Of a stretch of 64,000 bases of DNA, positions 28,148 through 40,068 are shown one piece after another. The stretch lies in NCBI GenBank assembly GCA_012295275.1, contig CM022670.1, positions 27,094,001 to 27,158,000 on the forward strand, given 5' to 3'. Below the pieces are notes generated by a model. It was not told the origin of the DNA and made no database searches. It was given only the letters and a program-made list of their open reading frames with translations. The position numbers and the translations under genes are program-made. Numbering within the stretch: position 1 is the stretch's first letter; every line of letters begins with the position of its first letter. This stretch comes from Chrysomallon squamiferum. Its lineage: Eukaryota > Animalia > Mollusca.

Positions 28148-29236
28148 ATTATAATAATAGTATGTTGGAAAATGCAGTCTTTACAATGTAATTAAAAACT
28201 GTCTTCTGTCAGTTCATTTCAGTTGAAGCCTTACTGTCAATAAATTATCTGAAAACAAAGTATTATCTGATTAAATCATTATAAAGAATATAAAATTATG
28301 ATATATATATATATATATATATATATTACTATTAAATGTTATGATTCTTTTTCTTTAAAATATTTTATTTGCTAAATATAAATAAATTATTCTGACTGAA
28401 TGAATGTTGACAGCTAATGAAATGTAGATGAGAAGTTAGGTATTGGTTATGGCATCATAGCAGCTTGAAATCACATGACACTAAATTACATGTTACACAG
28501 AATATGGAATATCACAATGCTTTATAAGTATCTCAAAACCAATTAAAAATATCATGTTTTAAACAAACTAAAAAAACAAACATCACAAACAAAAAAATGC
28601 TTTATTTATATACATCTAACAGAACTAGAGCTTTAATCTGCTGAAAATTGTGTCATTTCTTTTCCTGTTAATCACCTATATTTAAATTAACAGTTTATTG
28701 TCAATCTATCCAAAGTATTGAGGTTATAACTAAAAAAAAAAAAAAAAAAAAAATGAAAAGTGAAAAAAAAAAAAAAAAAAAAAAAAAAATAAATAAATGA
28801 TAATAAAAAAATAAATAAATAAAAATAAAAAAAAAAAAACGAACAAATTAAATAAACTGCATTATCAAACAGTTCTTCTTGTAACATTTTCAAATGAATT
28901 CTCATGTTTATGTTCTAGTTTTAAATCATCAAAGTGTAGTGAAGCAACATGGGAATGCATTGCATAACCCAAACATTCAGATCAGCATGACATCAAAAGT
29001 CTGCCTATTGACAAGTAAACTGAAAAGAGCACCAAGTGCAGGGTTTTTTTTTCCCCATGATGTTCATTGTTGGTTAGTTAACCAAACCGACACAGAATAA
29101 ATCTTTTGCATTGATAGGCATTAGATAATAAAATATTTAAAAATTCATTTTGACTTAGTGAAAAATGTAAATATTATTACTGTATTTAATCTAGATGGTT
29201 CATAAAACAGAATATCAAATAGTTAAAAAATTAAAT

Positions 29237-29510
29237 AATTATGTACATTGTATAGTGTAAATACAGTTATATTAATAATAAATAATCTATATTCTGTATT
29301 ATAAATATTGTTAAATAGGAAAATTATGTATATTGTGTAGTGTAAACAGTTATATTAATAATAAATAATATGTATTTTGTATTATAAATACTGATAAATA
29401 AATAAATATGACAATTATGTATAGTGTACTGTAAATATAGTATAGTAATAATAAATGTCTATTCTGTATCAGAAATATTGTTAAATAAATATCAAAATAA
29501 TGTATATTCT
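29237..29510. repeat. Degenerate tandem repeat, unit about 85-90 bp, about 3 copies
   Basis: AATTATGTAYATTGTRTAGTGTAAA...TATTAATAATAAAT...TATTCTGTAT...AAATATTGTTAAATA recurs at about 29237, 29322 and 29413. Confidence 0.8.
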
Positions 29511-29715
29511 ATTTACATTTTCTCTCCCATCTAAGTCTCATCTTTTTACACATTCCAAAAAGTTTCATTTGTCACATTTTGTCTTCAACTTTTAAATAAC
29601 AGAAAAAAAAAACATTCATAAACAGTTATCCACTTATGATTCTAGTTCAACAATTTTATTCTTTTTTATTTTATAATCTTAAATATTTGAAAGTAACAGA
29701 ACAATTTAAAAACAC

Positions 29716-29747
<32 letters not shown>

Positions 29748-29759
29748 TATATATAATCA

Positions 29760-29937
29760 TTTCATAATATTAATTATTAATATTCAGATACTGTTAAATC
29801 ACATACTCAGTTTTGGATCTTTTTAACAGATATTTTCTCATCTCAGGTTGTTTGTCAAAATTCACGTTACTGTTTCATAATATTAACAAGTAATATTCAG
29901 ATTGTTAAATCACAGTTTATTCATTATATGCTAATTC

Positions 29938-29969
<32 letters not shown>

Positions 29970-30100
29970 TTTTTATTTTTTAACACATATTTTCTCACAC
30001 AGTCTGTTAACAAAATTCACCTTAGAGTTTCATAATCTTCACATATAATATTCAGATACTGTTAAATCACAGTTCATTCATTCACAAGCTAATTTTATTT
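29760..30100. repeat. Degenerate tandem repeat, unit about 115-155 bp, about 3 copies
   Basis: TTTCATAAT...AATATTCAGAT(AC)TGTTAAATCACA recurs at about 29780, 29893 and 30048. Confidence 0.8.
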
Positions 30101-30519
30101 AATTTTTTAATTTTTAATATATTTATTTTGTTATTTTTTTTATCTTTCAATCTTAAGAAAACTGACCTTACCTGTAAACACTCAATTTTACAATCACCTG
30201 TTTGAAAACTCTGCTGCTAGCAGAATGCAATCCAGCAATAAAAATTATAATTAGTGGTAATAATTATTTCTCATATATTAATATCATTAGTGTACTATTT
30301 CAAATTAACCAGGCAGTGAAAACACCTGGATCTTATTAACAGTCTGAACAATGGCAATTTAATATGGTGCTTGATAATAGTTATCAGCATCTGTTAGGAT
30401 TGTAACCCACGTGCACGCTGATGATATCTCACATTTACACGTTTTAACCAGCATATGATGAAAAAAATGCTGCAGTAATCAGAATGCAAGTACTGTTGCA
30501 CTTTTAACTTATCTTTCGG

Positions 30520-31353
30520 TGTTTGTATTTGTGTGTGTGTGTTTATGCATGTGTGTATGCATGTGTGTGTGTGTATATATGTGTGTATTTATATATGTAT
30601 CTGAGTGTCTGTGTTCATCTGTGTGTGTGTGTGTGTGTGTTTAGGTGTGTGTGTATGTATGTATGTATGTATGTATGTATGTATGAATACATGTATGCAT
30701 GCATATATGTATGTGTGTGTATATTTATGTATGTATCTGTATATGTATATGTGTATATGTGTATTTTTGCATGTAAACTGGTGTGTGTGTATGTATGTGT
30801 CTATTGTTTATCTGTACATGTGCATGCAAGTCCACTTCCAGCAATAATAACATAATGTAATACAATACAATACAAAACAATACAATAATTTGTTTAGTCA
30901 CTGTCATACAAATGAGAAACACTGGTTCACTGTGACCTGCAATCATCAATAAACAAGCATTCCCACTATCAGTTTCATAATTCTTTCAGTTTCCACATCC
31001 AAACAAGTCTTGAATTTGTAAATATTAAATTATTGTTTTCTTTCCTTTTTACTTCACCCATTCTGCAGACAGATGCATACAAACAAAATTACAGATGTAT
31101 AAAAAATGTACTGATCACTGAATATGATGCAATTCAGTGATCTGTGATCTGCACAAATACAGAGCCAAAACCTAAACTAAACAAAACATTCACATAAATA
31201 TAAACATGTTTAAAATAGACAAGGACACATTCACCCAATAATATATTGTTTAAGAGGTGAAAAGATCAAACTGTAAATGTTAGATTATTTAATATATGAT
31301 ATATAAATACATATATTTATATATATATATATATAAATAATTAAATACATATA

Positions 31354-31402
<49 letters not shown>

Positions 31403-31460
31403 TACACATACATACATACATATACACACATACATATACACACACACATACATACATACA

Positions 31461-31496
<36 letters not shown>

Positions 31497-31500
31497 TATG
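30520..31500. repeat. (TG/TATG)n tract 30520-30800 and (TA/CATA)n tract 31290-31500
   Basis: Directly visible low-complexity dinucleotide and tetranucleotide repeats. Confidence 0.9.
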
Positions 31501-32620
31501 TGTATTTAATTATTTCATTATGTTTATAAACACTGAACATTTTGTTCAGGATCATATTGTCAAATTTAGCTATTGAATTCTGAATACTGACCTTAACCAC
31601 CACAAAGTTGCTAAATATTAATTTGTTGTACAAACAAAAAAAGAAACAACTGTCACTAACAAAAACAATTTAAACATACCATTCCCTGTTAGTAGATATG
31701 ACTTTGTAATATTAAACTGTTTAATATTACATCAGCTGTTTCAGTCTCTAACGACAATCACGTATCACACACGTTTAAAACAAATTAAAATGACAAACGT
31801 GAATACCTTTTTTTTTCTTTTTTTTTGGTGACCTGCTACAAATCACCTACCCCCACAATTTCAAATCCTGTAACTGCTACAGTATACATCAGAAAAAGGA
31901 AATGTACAAAAATCAATAACCCCAGAAGGAAACTAAGTAAATTAAAATTTTACATGTCAAAATGAGTGATGTGTTGTACGCTAGTTTGTCATAACGCTGC
32001 TGTGAAACACTGAATTTAAAGAAAAAAAAAAATTAATTTAATTGATTATTACCATTTCACATATGTATATAAATTTTATATATTTTTAAAAATTTGTTTA
32101 ATATATTGGTTTTGCTACATTAAGAATAACTAACTGTTCTGACAAATACTCTGAGATCACTGGTGCATTGAAATCCTTGGTTTTGTTGGTTCCAACCTCA
32201 AGTAAATTTGTTCTGGAGAAAACAGGACTACTTGTGTAAATTATTTATTCAGGATGAAGATTCGTATGTCAAGTAACACAGGATATGAAATATTTAAAAA
32301 AATAAAACATAATTGAAAAATTACATAAATGTATTTAATCAACTCTATTACATAAAGACAATTCTGAGACAATGAAGTCATAAATCAAATATATATTTAT
32401 ATATATATATATTGTTTAATAATAGAATCTTTAAACATTAAACAAAGTATAGAGACATTTAACAACATTTCTTTTAAAGTAAAATGTCACTTCTTTATTT
32501 ATTCATTCAATTTATATATTTATTTATTTATTTATTTTTTTTAAATAATGAATCCTATTTCATCTTTAGTTTGTGAATAATTTCTTTTCTTAAACATACA
32601 GTAAAATCTGGGGAGAAACA

Positions 32621-32661
<41 letters not shown>

Positions 32662-33462
32662 TTTCTTCCTAAAGGATTATGGTGAGCTGATTGTGCCTGG
32701 TACTCAAAGGATTAATATAAATACATTATACTTTGTTTAACACTAAGAAAATATTTATAATATTGCTCTAACATATGTTAATACTTTCAGTAAAAAACAT
32801 AGTGACGTTACAATTACTTTAAAACAGTTTTAAAATAAACAAAATAATAAATGTCACAGAAATAACAATAATAATAATAATAATAAGAAGAATTATTCTA
32901 ATTTTAATTCTTATATTAAAATGCGCTTTACATTTTATTTATTATATTATTATTATTATTATTGCCAAATTGACCTTGTATGGATTAGTAACACTGAAAC
33001 TGATATAATTTTTTTTATACATGTCCACTTATGAAACGTGATTAGTTTAGCTTTAAATAAATAAATAAGAAATGAAAAAATAAAACAAATACTCCTAAAC
33101 TTATCTAATACGTTGTGCGTGGAGATGGGAATGGCATGTATCCTTAATATATATATATATATATAAAGTCACCTTTTAAGTATTGTAAATAATTATTCAC
33201 ATAATGAACATCTCTAATCATATGGAAATGAAAATATATATATATATATATAAGAAGAAAAAAGAAAAGAAAAAACAAATTCGTAGGAAAAAAAAACTAA
33301 ATTTTATAATTTTATGAAAACCATAATTAACAGAAATTATTTATCTTTATTTTTTTCTTCTGTGTTTTTCTCATTTAACAACACACGTGCATATTCTTTT
33401 TAAAAAGTTTAACATCTTTAAGCCAAAATTAAACGATTTATGGTAAAAAGGAAGGCACATAC

Positions 33463-33760
33463 CGACTACCAAGGTTCCGAACTTGACCTAAAAAAATGTG
33501 TTGTTTTCTTCCAAAAAGAGACAAAATAAGGTGCTTATTCAAAATTTATAGCCCGGGTATATATACAGTTTAATATACAACTTCTAGTACAGTTACAGAC
33601 GTATAACAATACAATGCGGTATTCTTTTCTTACCGTATATTTCGTCATTTCCTTGGAGTAACGTGGTTTCATCACGTGACCTTTTATTATTTTTATTTTT
33701 TTCAGGGATAGTCATGATTGATTAAACGAATCTGACATGACGTGGGTAGCTTGTTTACCA
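33463..33760 (-). promoter_or_regulatory. Putative promoter/first exon of CTR paralogue B
   Basis: CpG-rich island at about 33000-34260 between CpG-poor regions. Minus-strand TATATATA/TATAAAT at 33543-33565, donor CG|GTATGT near 33463, GTCACGTGAT at 33671-33680. A further candidate UTR donor lies near 30172 and an acceptor at 28248. Confidence 0.5.
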
Positions 33761-34465
33761 TAACGGAATAAATGTAAGGGGAAAAAAAAATAAAAAAATA
33801 ATAATAATAATAACACACACACACACACAACATAAAGTAAAGAAGAAAAAAAAAAGCGTACACACAAACCTCTACTGAAATTAAATATAAAACTGTTAAT
33901 TTATTTTTGTCGAGTAAAATATTCGTCAATAATTTTCGCTGCCAAAATGAATCAGCTGCGATAAATTTTAGTTTTCTTCTCTTTCTGTTTCCTCGTCATT
34001 TATGTATATTTCATTTTAAGATAAATTACGCAACTTTAATTGCAGTTATTGTTGTTATTATCATTGTTGTTTTTGTTGTTATTGCACTTTGTTACTGCCG
34101 TCCTAACCATCGTTGTTGCTGTCTTTAACAGGATTTTATTTTTAGCACGCATTAATTTTATACTGGTTTGATTATACTGGTCACCGCCGTTTCGATATTT
34201 CATCAGCATGCCTATGACCTGGAAATATTAGATACACTGATCAAAATAAGTTCGGGACACTTTTTGCTATCAACTGCACAATGTTAAAATGCAGGACTTT
34301 CTTGTACATTTTATTATAAATCTGCTAAATGGAATTTGTCAACAAAATTTTAATAGTAAAATGTATTTTTACATTTGAAATGAGTCCTAATAATATATTA
34401 AAGTAATAATACTAATACTAATAATAATAAATAAATAAATAAATATATATATATAAGAAATTAAA

Positions 34466-34495
34466 AACAACAACAATAACAACAACAACAACAAC

Positions 34496-34575
<80 letters not shown>
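34466..34575. repeat. (AAC)n-(AAT)n microsatellite
   Basis: Directly visible. Confidence 0.95.
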
Positions 34576-34577
<2 letters not shown>

Positions 34578-37114
34578 TAAAATCTAATGGTTAGTCTGAT
34601 ACTGTCTCCAATTTGGATCATTTATATATATATAAAAAATTACATGAAATCTTTTTATGTTTCTTTTTTAACTAATTATGTTTGCCAAATTTTCACACAA
34701 GTTCTTTTTTATATAATAGTATATATAATTAATGTTAACATTATTTTTATCTTGCAGCAGGATTCTGTACTGAAAATGTTTACTATACATATCTTGGATA
34801 TTGTGAATAATGGAATAATCTTTGCATGTTTTTTATCTGGCTGATACAATCTTTGAAATGACTAATCTAGACATATTTTAGCACATACTTATACCAGTTG
34901 CCATCCATAATGCTAAGGACTAAACAGTTAACAAGAGAATGAACACCTGATTTGCCACTAATTTTTGTTTGATCAACAGCAACAGATCTTTATAATGCAT
35001 CTCCCCATTAAAATAAAAATCACCAAATCTCATTCTTTGATAAACTAGTTAAGAGATGTTGGTTAGACTTTTCATGCCCACAAGCACATAATGCAGAGAC
35101 AAGGGTGCTGCATCGCTTTCTTTTTGTATTTTGCCTTACTGCTTGACCTGAATTCAGCGCTGATCCTATAACCATTGAATTACAGCCTAGCATGGATACA
35201 TTTGAACCATTGTTTTCAAATATAATTTCTACTTTCTAGCATGTATCCATGCACATTATTATCAGTTAAAAAGAATAACAATAATGATTATAATGATGGG
35301 GTTTGGCTTACACACAAAAAAAAACCCTGAACAAAACAAAATAATGACAACCCTACAACACATCCACACAAAACCACTCCCAAATAACACCCACCAATAA
35401 ATAAAAAAACCCCAAACAAATCAAAACAAAACAAAATAGAAACCTTTTTTAAATTTTTTTATCCATCTCTAAGTCTTGTACACAAATAACTGTTTTGATT
35501 CATAAATCACAAAAATAATTTTATTTATATTAATTAGATATAATTTGTGGACAGCAGTATGTTAAATCATCACCAATACAATGCATAAACACACAAACAA
35601 GCAAAAATTTAAGTTAAACAATGGCAGCATTTTAAAACTAAGAAGAAAAAAAAAAAAAAAAAAAAAAATTAAAACAGTAATTGTTGAAGTGCAGTATTTT
35701 TTCTTTGGAACTTATATTATTTAAATCTGTTATGAGACAAAAATGTGCATTATTTACATTTTGTGACCTGGAAACAAAAAGGAAAGAAATAAAAGAAATT
35801 AAAAGAAATGATAATAATACAAAATGTAAAAAAATATAAATAAATCGATAATAATAACATTATTAATAATAATTTTCATAATAAATTGATACACAGCATT
35901 AAAATGAAAAAAGAAGTAATCATTTTTTATTTTATTTATATCAAATTATCAAAAGAATCTTAGTCAAAAACTGTGAAATGTTTTTGCTAAAGAAATAATA
36001 ATTTTTTGAAATATTTTACAATATTGTTTGATCTTTTATTATTGCACAATTTATTTGTGAACACATTTAATTTCCCATGCCAGTTATTTAAAACAAGAAA
36101 CATTTGAGTTCAAAGAATGAAAAAAATAAATATGCTACCAATATTAAAAAAAAAAAAAAACAACTTCTTAAAATGTTCTGAATAATGAAACTCCAAAAAG
36201 TTATGAAGTATACCTTATCAAATAAATAAAGAAATTAATTTAACAAATAAAACTGAATTATGATAAGTAAAAATTACTTGATCATTTGGCTATTTTAACT
36301 AATATCATATTATTAGAATTCATTTATATCATTAAATCAGATCTGGCAATTATCCGATTAACTGAAATTTGTCTGTTCAGAATCTATTCATGAAGATGAA
36401 TTTAATTACACTTTATTAAAAAATAAAGTAATATTATCATCAAACGTGAGAACTGATGTTTAGCTGCTAAAATTTGTTTAATATTTCAAACTGTTAATAT
36501 TAAACAGAAATTGATTTAAATTTTTTCTCCATGTCACAATTTTTCATCAGCTATGGTTTCATTATTTACGATAAGAGTTATTTCTTAACATTTTATCTGA
36601 CCAAAACTGAATCCATAAAAAAATGTTGGCTGTCTTGCGTCAAATCCAGGAGCAGAAAAATTATCTTATGTCATTTGTCAAAAAGATTGCAATACAAGAT
36701 CAACAGTTCTGTCAAATATATTTCTGTGCAGCTTGCATGCATTTTAAAGGTGCTGCACCATGAGAGGATGTCTTAACCAATACTGATAATGTTAACTTTG
36801 TTAAATCTTAGTAACATTTTACTTTTATTTCATAGCTACTCTTAATTTTAATCAAGACACAGGGCATTTTAAAAAATATACATATGTACACATTATCTGT
36901 CCAGACAACAGTCATTACATTAATTTACTGTGCTTTTGTTACTGATGTTAGCATGTCTGGATGAAAGGGGAAAACATTCTGAACTAATTAATTAACCAAT
37001 TTTTGGTTTATTATGCAGTTTATTTTTGAATGTAATAAATAAAACATTATAAAGTTTGTTTTTAACATTTCTTAACATGATTTATATTGTGAAACACCTA
37101 TATAACATTGATTT

Positions 37115-37147
<33 letters not shown>

Positions 37148-40068
37148 CATTTGCAATGTTGTTGAAATTACTATAGTTATAGTTTTCATTTTTTCATCAT
37201 TTCTTTTTCTTTTTCATTTTTTGGATAACTACAATTAACTTTCTTTCAGTGTATTTTATATATTTACTTTATTAACAGTCAGATACATAACATCAAACAC
37301 TATTTTCCATGGCATTTTGTTTTTCAAACTCTATCTGAGCTGCAGTTAAGGTTAAAACACTGTTGAGGACATGACAATTTCAAAGCAATGAAATCATTTT
37401 TCAATGCACTAAGTATATGAATTGCTAATTTTGTGTTTAGTAAAATAGTATACAACATTTGTGTTTTTATCTAGTAATAAAATAATTTTGTCTATTCTTT
37501 TTACAACCTTGTGTGCATTGGAAGAGGGATAAAAATGAGAAAAATAAAGACCAAAGTCTAACTCTACTGGAATGTGATCAACTGACATGCTTTCTTAGAG
37601 AGTGTGTACTGTATCTGGGAATCACCTCATACATATATATATAATTATATGATCTCTAAGTGGGATGTATGCACAAATACATATATATTAAGTACTATTC
37701 TCTATCAAGAATAATGAATACAGATTTTATCAAATATATATTGCCCATAAACCTAATGTTGAATACTGTAATAGGGAATCCAGTAAAACCCAAATATATG
37801 TGGTAAGAAAAACATTTTTGTAAATTACAAAAAAAAAAAAAAATAAAAATTAAATTAAAATCTAACACCATTAAACTATCAGTCAAGCAAGATAATTAAA
37901 TTACAAACATTTATGAGCAAACAATAGCATTTGAAAAATAAAGAGAGAAATATTTCACATTATCACAACACTGTCAAAAAATACTGTAGTTGTGGAAAAA
38001 AATGTCTGCACCCTGTTTTCACTTTTATTCACATATTTTTTTTTTTCTAAAACAAAGAATAATAAATCTTGCATAAAAGAGGTATGTTGCATTACATTCT
38101 AGTTATTAAATTGAAATCCTAATCTATCAACCAACAGAATCAAAAAACATATCTTAAAACACCATTTCAATCAAATTAAGGAGGAAAACCAAAAAAAACA
38201 AATTAGGACTCGAGAAAGAGAGGGAACATTTTTTTTTTTATATATATATATATATACAATCAAAATATTTTATTTATAATTAAAGATTTATCTGAACATT
38301 TTCAGTAATAACAAATTGTATTCAACAATATTATAAAATTCTGAATGTGTGGTGAACCTGAAACTAGTGATATTAAAACATCTGTACTAAAATAATACCT
38401 CTGTATGGGTTAATGGATAAAAAAAAGCTGACATGTTCAAATGTTTTTTGGGGGATGTCTGTACAAATTACAAATGCCAGCCTGCTCATGTTACTCTCAT
38501 TTACATGGATTTCTTAAAATACCTGTACAATTATAAGTTATTACATATATGTACAATTGTGTTATGTATGCACATGCAAGGTGCAGTATTTTGGTACAAA
38601 GCTGGTAAAATGAAAGAAAAACATTTATAGCAAATATTAAAGAATATATGTAATTGTGAAACAAAAAACACAATATTAAAGAAACAGCAGCCACTTTAAG
38701 AATTATGTTTCAAAGTCTATTTGAAAATGACATGCAAAAAACGAGCTTTTTCTGAAGGCAAAAGGAGATGTAAATTATATTTAACAGGATATTAATTAAT
38801 TTCAAACAAATCTGATCAGTGGATCCAAAGAAACCAAATTCATTTTTTCCACCAACAAAAAAATGTATTCATCAGTATTTAAAAATAAAGGCTTTCAAAC
38901 TGTGTAAAATTTTAAATTAATGATAAACAAACATTTAACAAGTTTTTCCTTCATAACGGGAGAAATTGTTTTATTTTCTAAGTCTTTTCAAAGACCCCAA
39001 ATACGCCAATTTCTTGCATTTATGTTGTTTATGAAAACATTACAACTTTCTAAACATATCTAACTTGGTTATCTTTAAACCAACCTCATAATTTGGTAAT
39101 CAAAAGCAACTGTTATGTACACAGAATTTAATGGGAATGTGGAATTTCAAAGTTGTGTCCTAGTACATTAACAATTGTGTTTACATTTACCAAACCCTAA
39201 ACTGTTTTAAAAAGTTGTACGTATTACTGTCAATTTTGTTCACACTAGAAATTTTGTTATCAAATTGTGTATTTTATCTAAACAATAATAAAAATAACTT
39301 TGTTTCATTATTATTAGTGATTTTAATGTATTTATTAAAATCAGCTAAAATCAGAAATTTTATTAAAAAAAAAAATTGTCAATATTTATTTTTGTTTACA
39401 AGGGATACAAAGTGAAAAAGTCAAACTTGAAAGATTTAACTTACTGTAAAATCCAACCAAAAGTAAATTGATTAAATACCAAATTCAACTGGTTTATTTT
39501 TATATATTAAGGATTGTATTAACTGACAAATTTACTTATCAAATTAAAAGTAAACTTTAAAACTGTTTAAAGATTAAATTATTGTTTTAAAATACCAAAT
39601 TACTATGAAAGATTATTAAATATATAGAAAATTAAAAAACATGTTGACATTACATTAAATTATCAGTTAAACTGTGCACAGGTAGCACAACAATTCAAGT
39701 AAAAGGGTAAGAAAAGTTTCTTTTAAAACCAGAATCAAAATTAACCTCAATTGCAAAAAAAAAAAAAAAAAAAAAAAAACCCCCAAAAGCCAACAAAACT
39801 GAAAATGTTCAGCCAGTATGTAAGAAAATTTAAAACAAAGTATTATCACAGAAAACAGAATTACTACCAGTGTGGAAAAAAATATACACTTAATTATGAA
39901 TAGATCTACATTTAAAAGATAGAAAAAATAAATTACAAGTTACTATGAAAAATGAAATGTCTTATCGCTAGCCAATGTACAATGTATTTTTAAAGTTATT
40001 CTCAAAACTTATAATAAATAAATTAAATAGACTATTTGTTTGTGCAGTTCTCAGTGAATACATTTCAA

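Noticed and set aside
29237-30100. Repeat arrays superficially like CRISPR
   Set aside because: Eukaryotic context, degenerate whole-unit duplications, no unique spacers and no cas genes.
34180-34225. Minus-strand CTGATGA-AATATC-GAAAC, resembling a hammerhead ribozyme core
   Set aside because: Stem II lacks a closing pair, and no arrangement of stems I and III with a valid NUH cleavage triplet can be drawn.
1484-39849. Many 60-135 aa ORFs rich in F/I/Y/C/V/H in the ORF track
   Set aside because: They are translations of microsatellites, poly-A/T runs or antisense of real exons, with no domain features or splice support.
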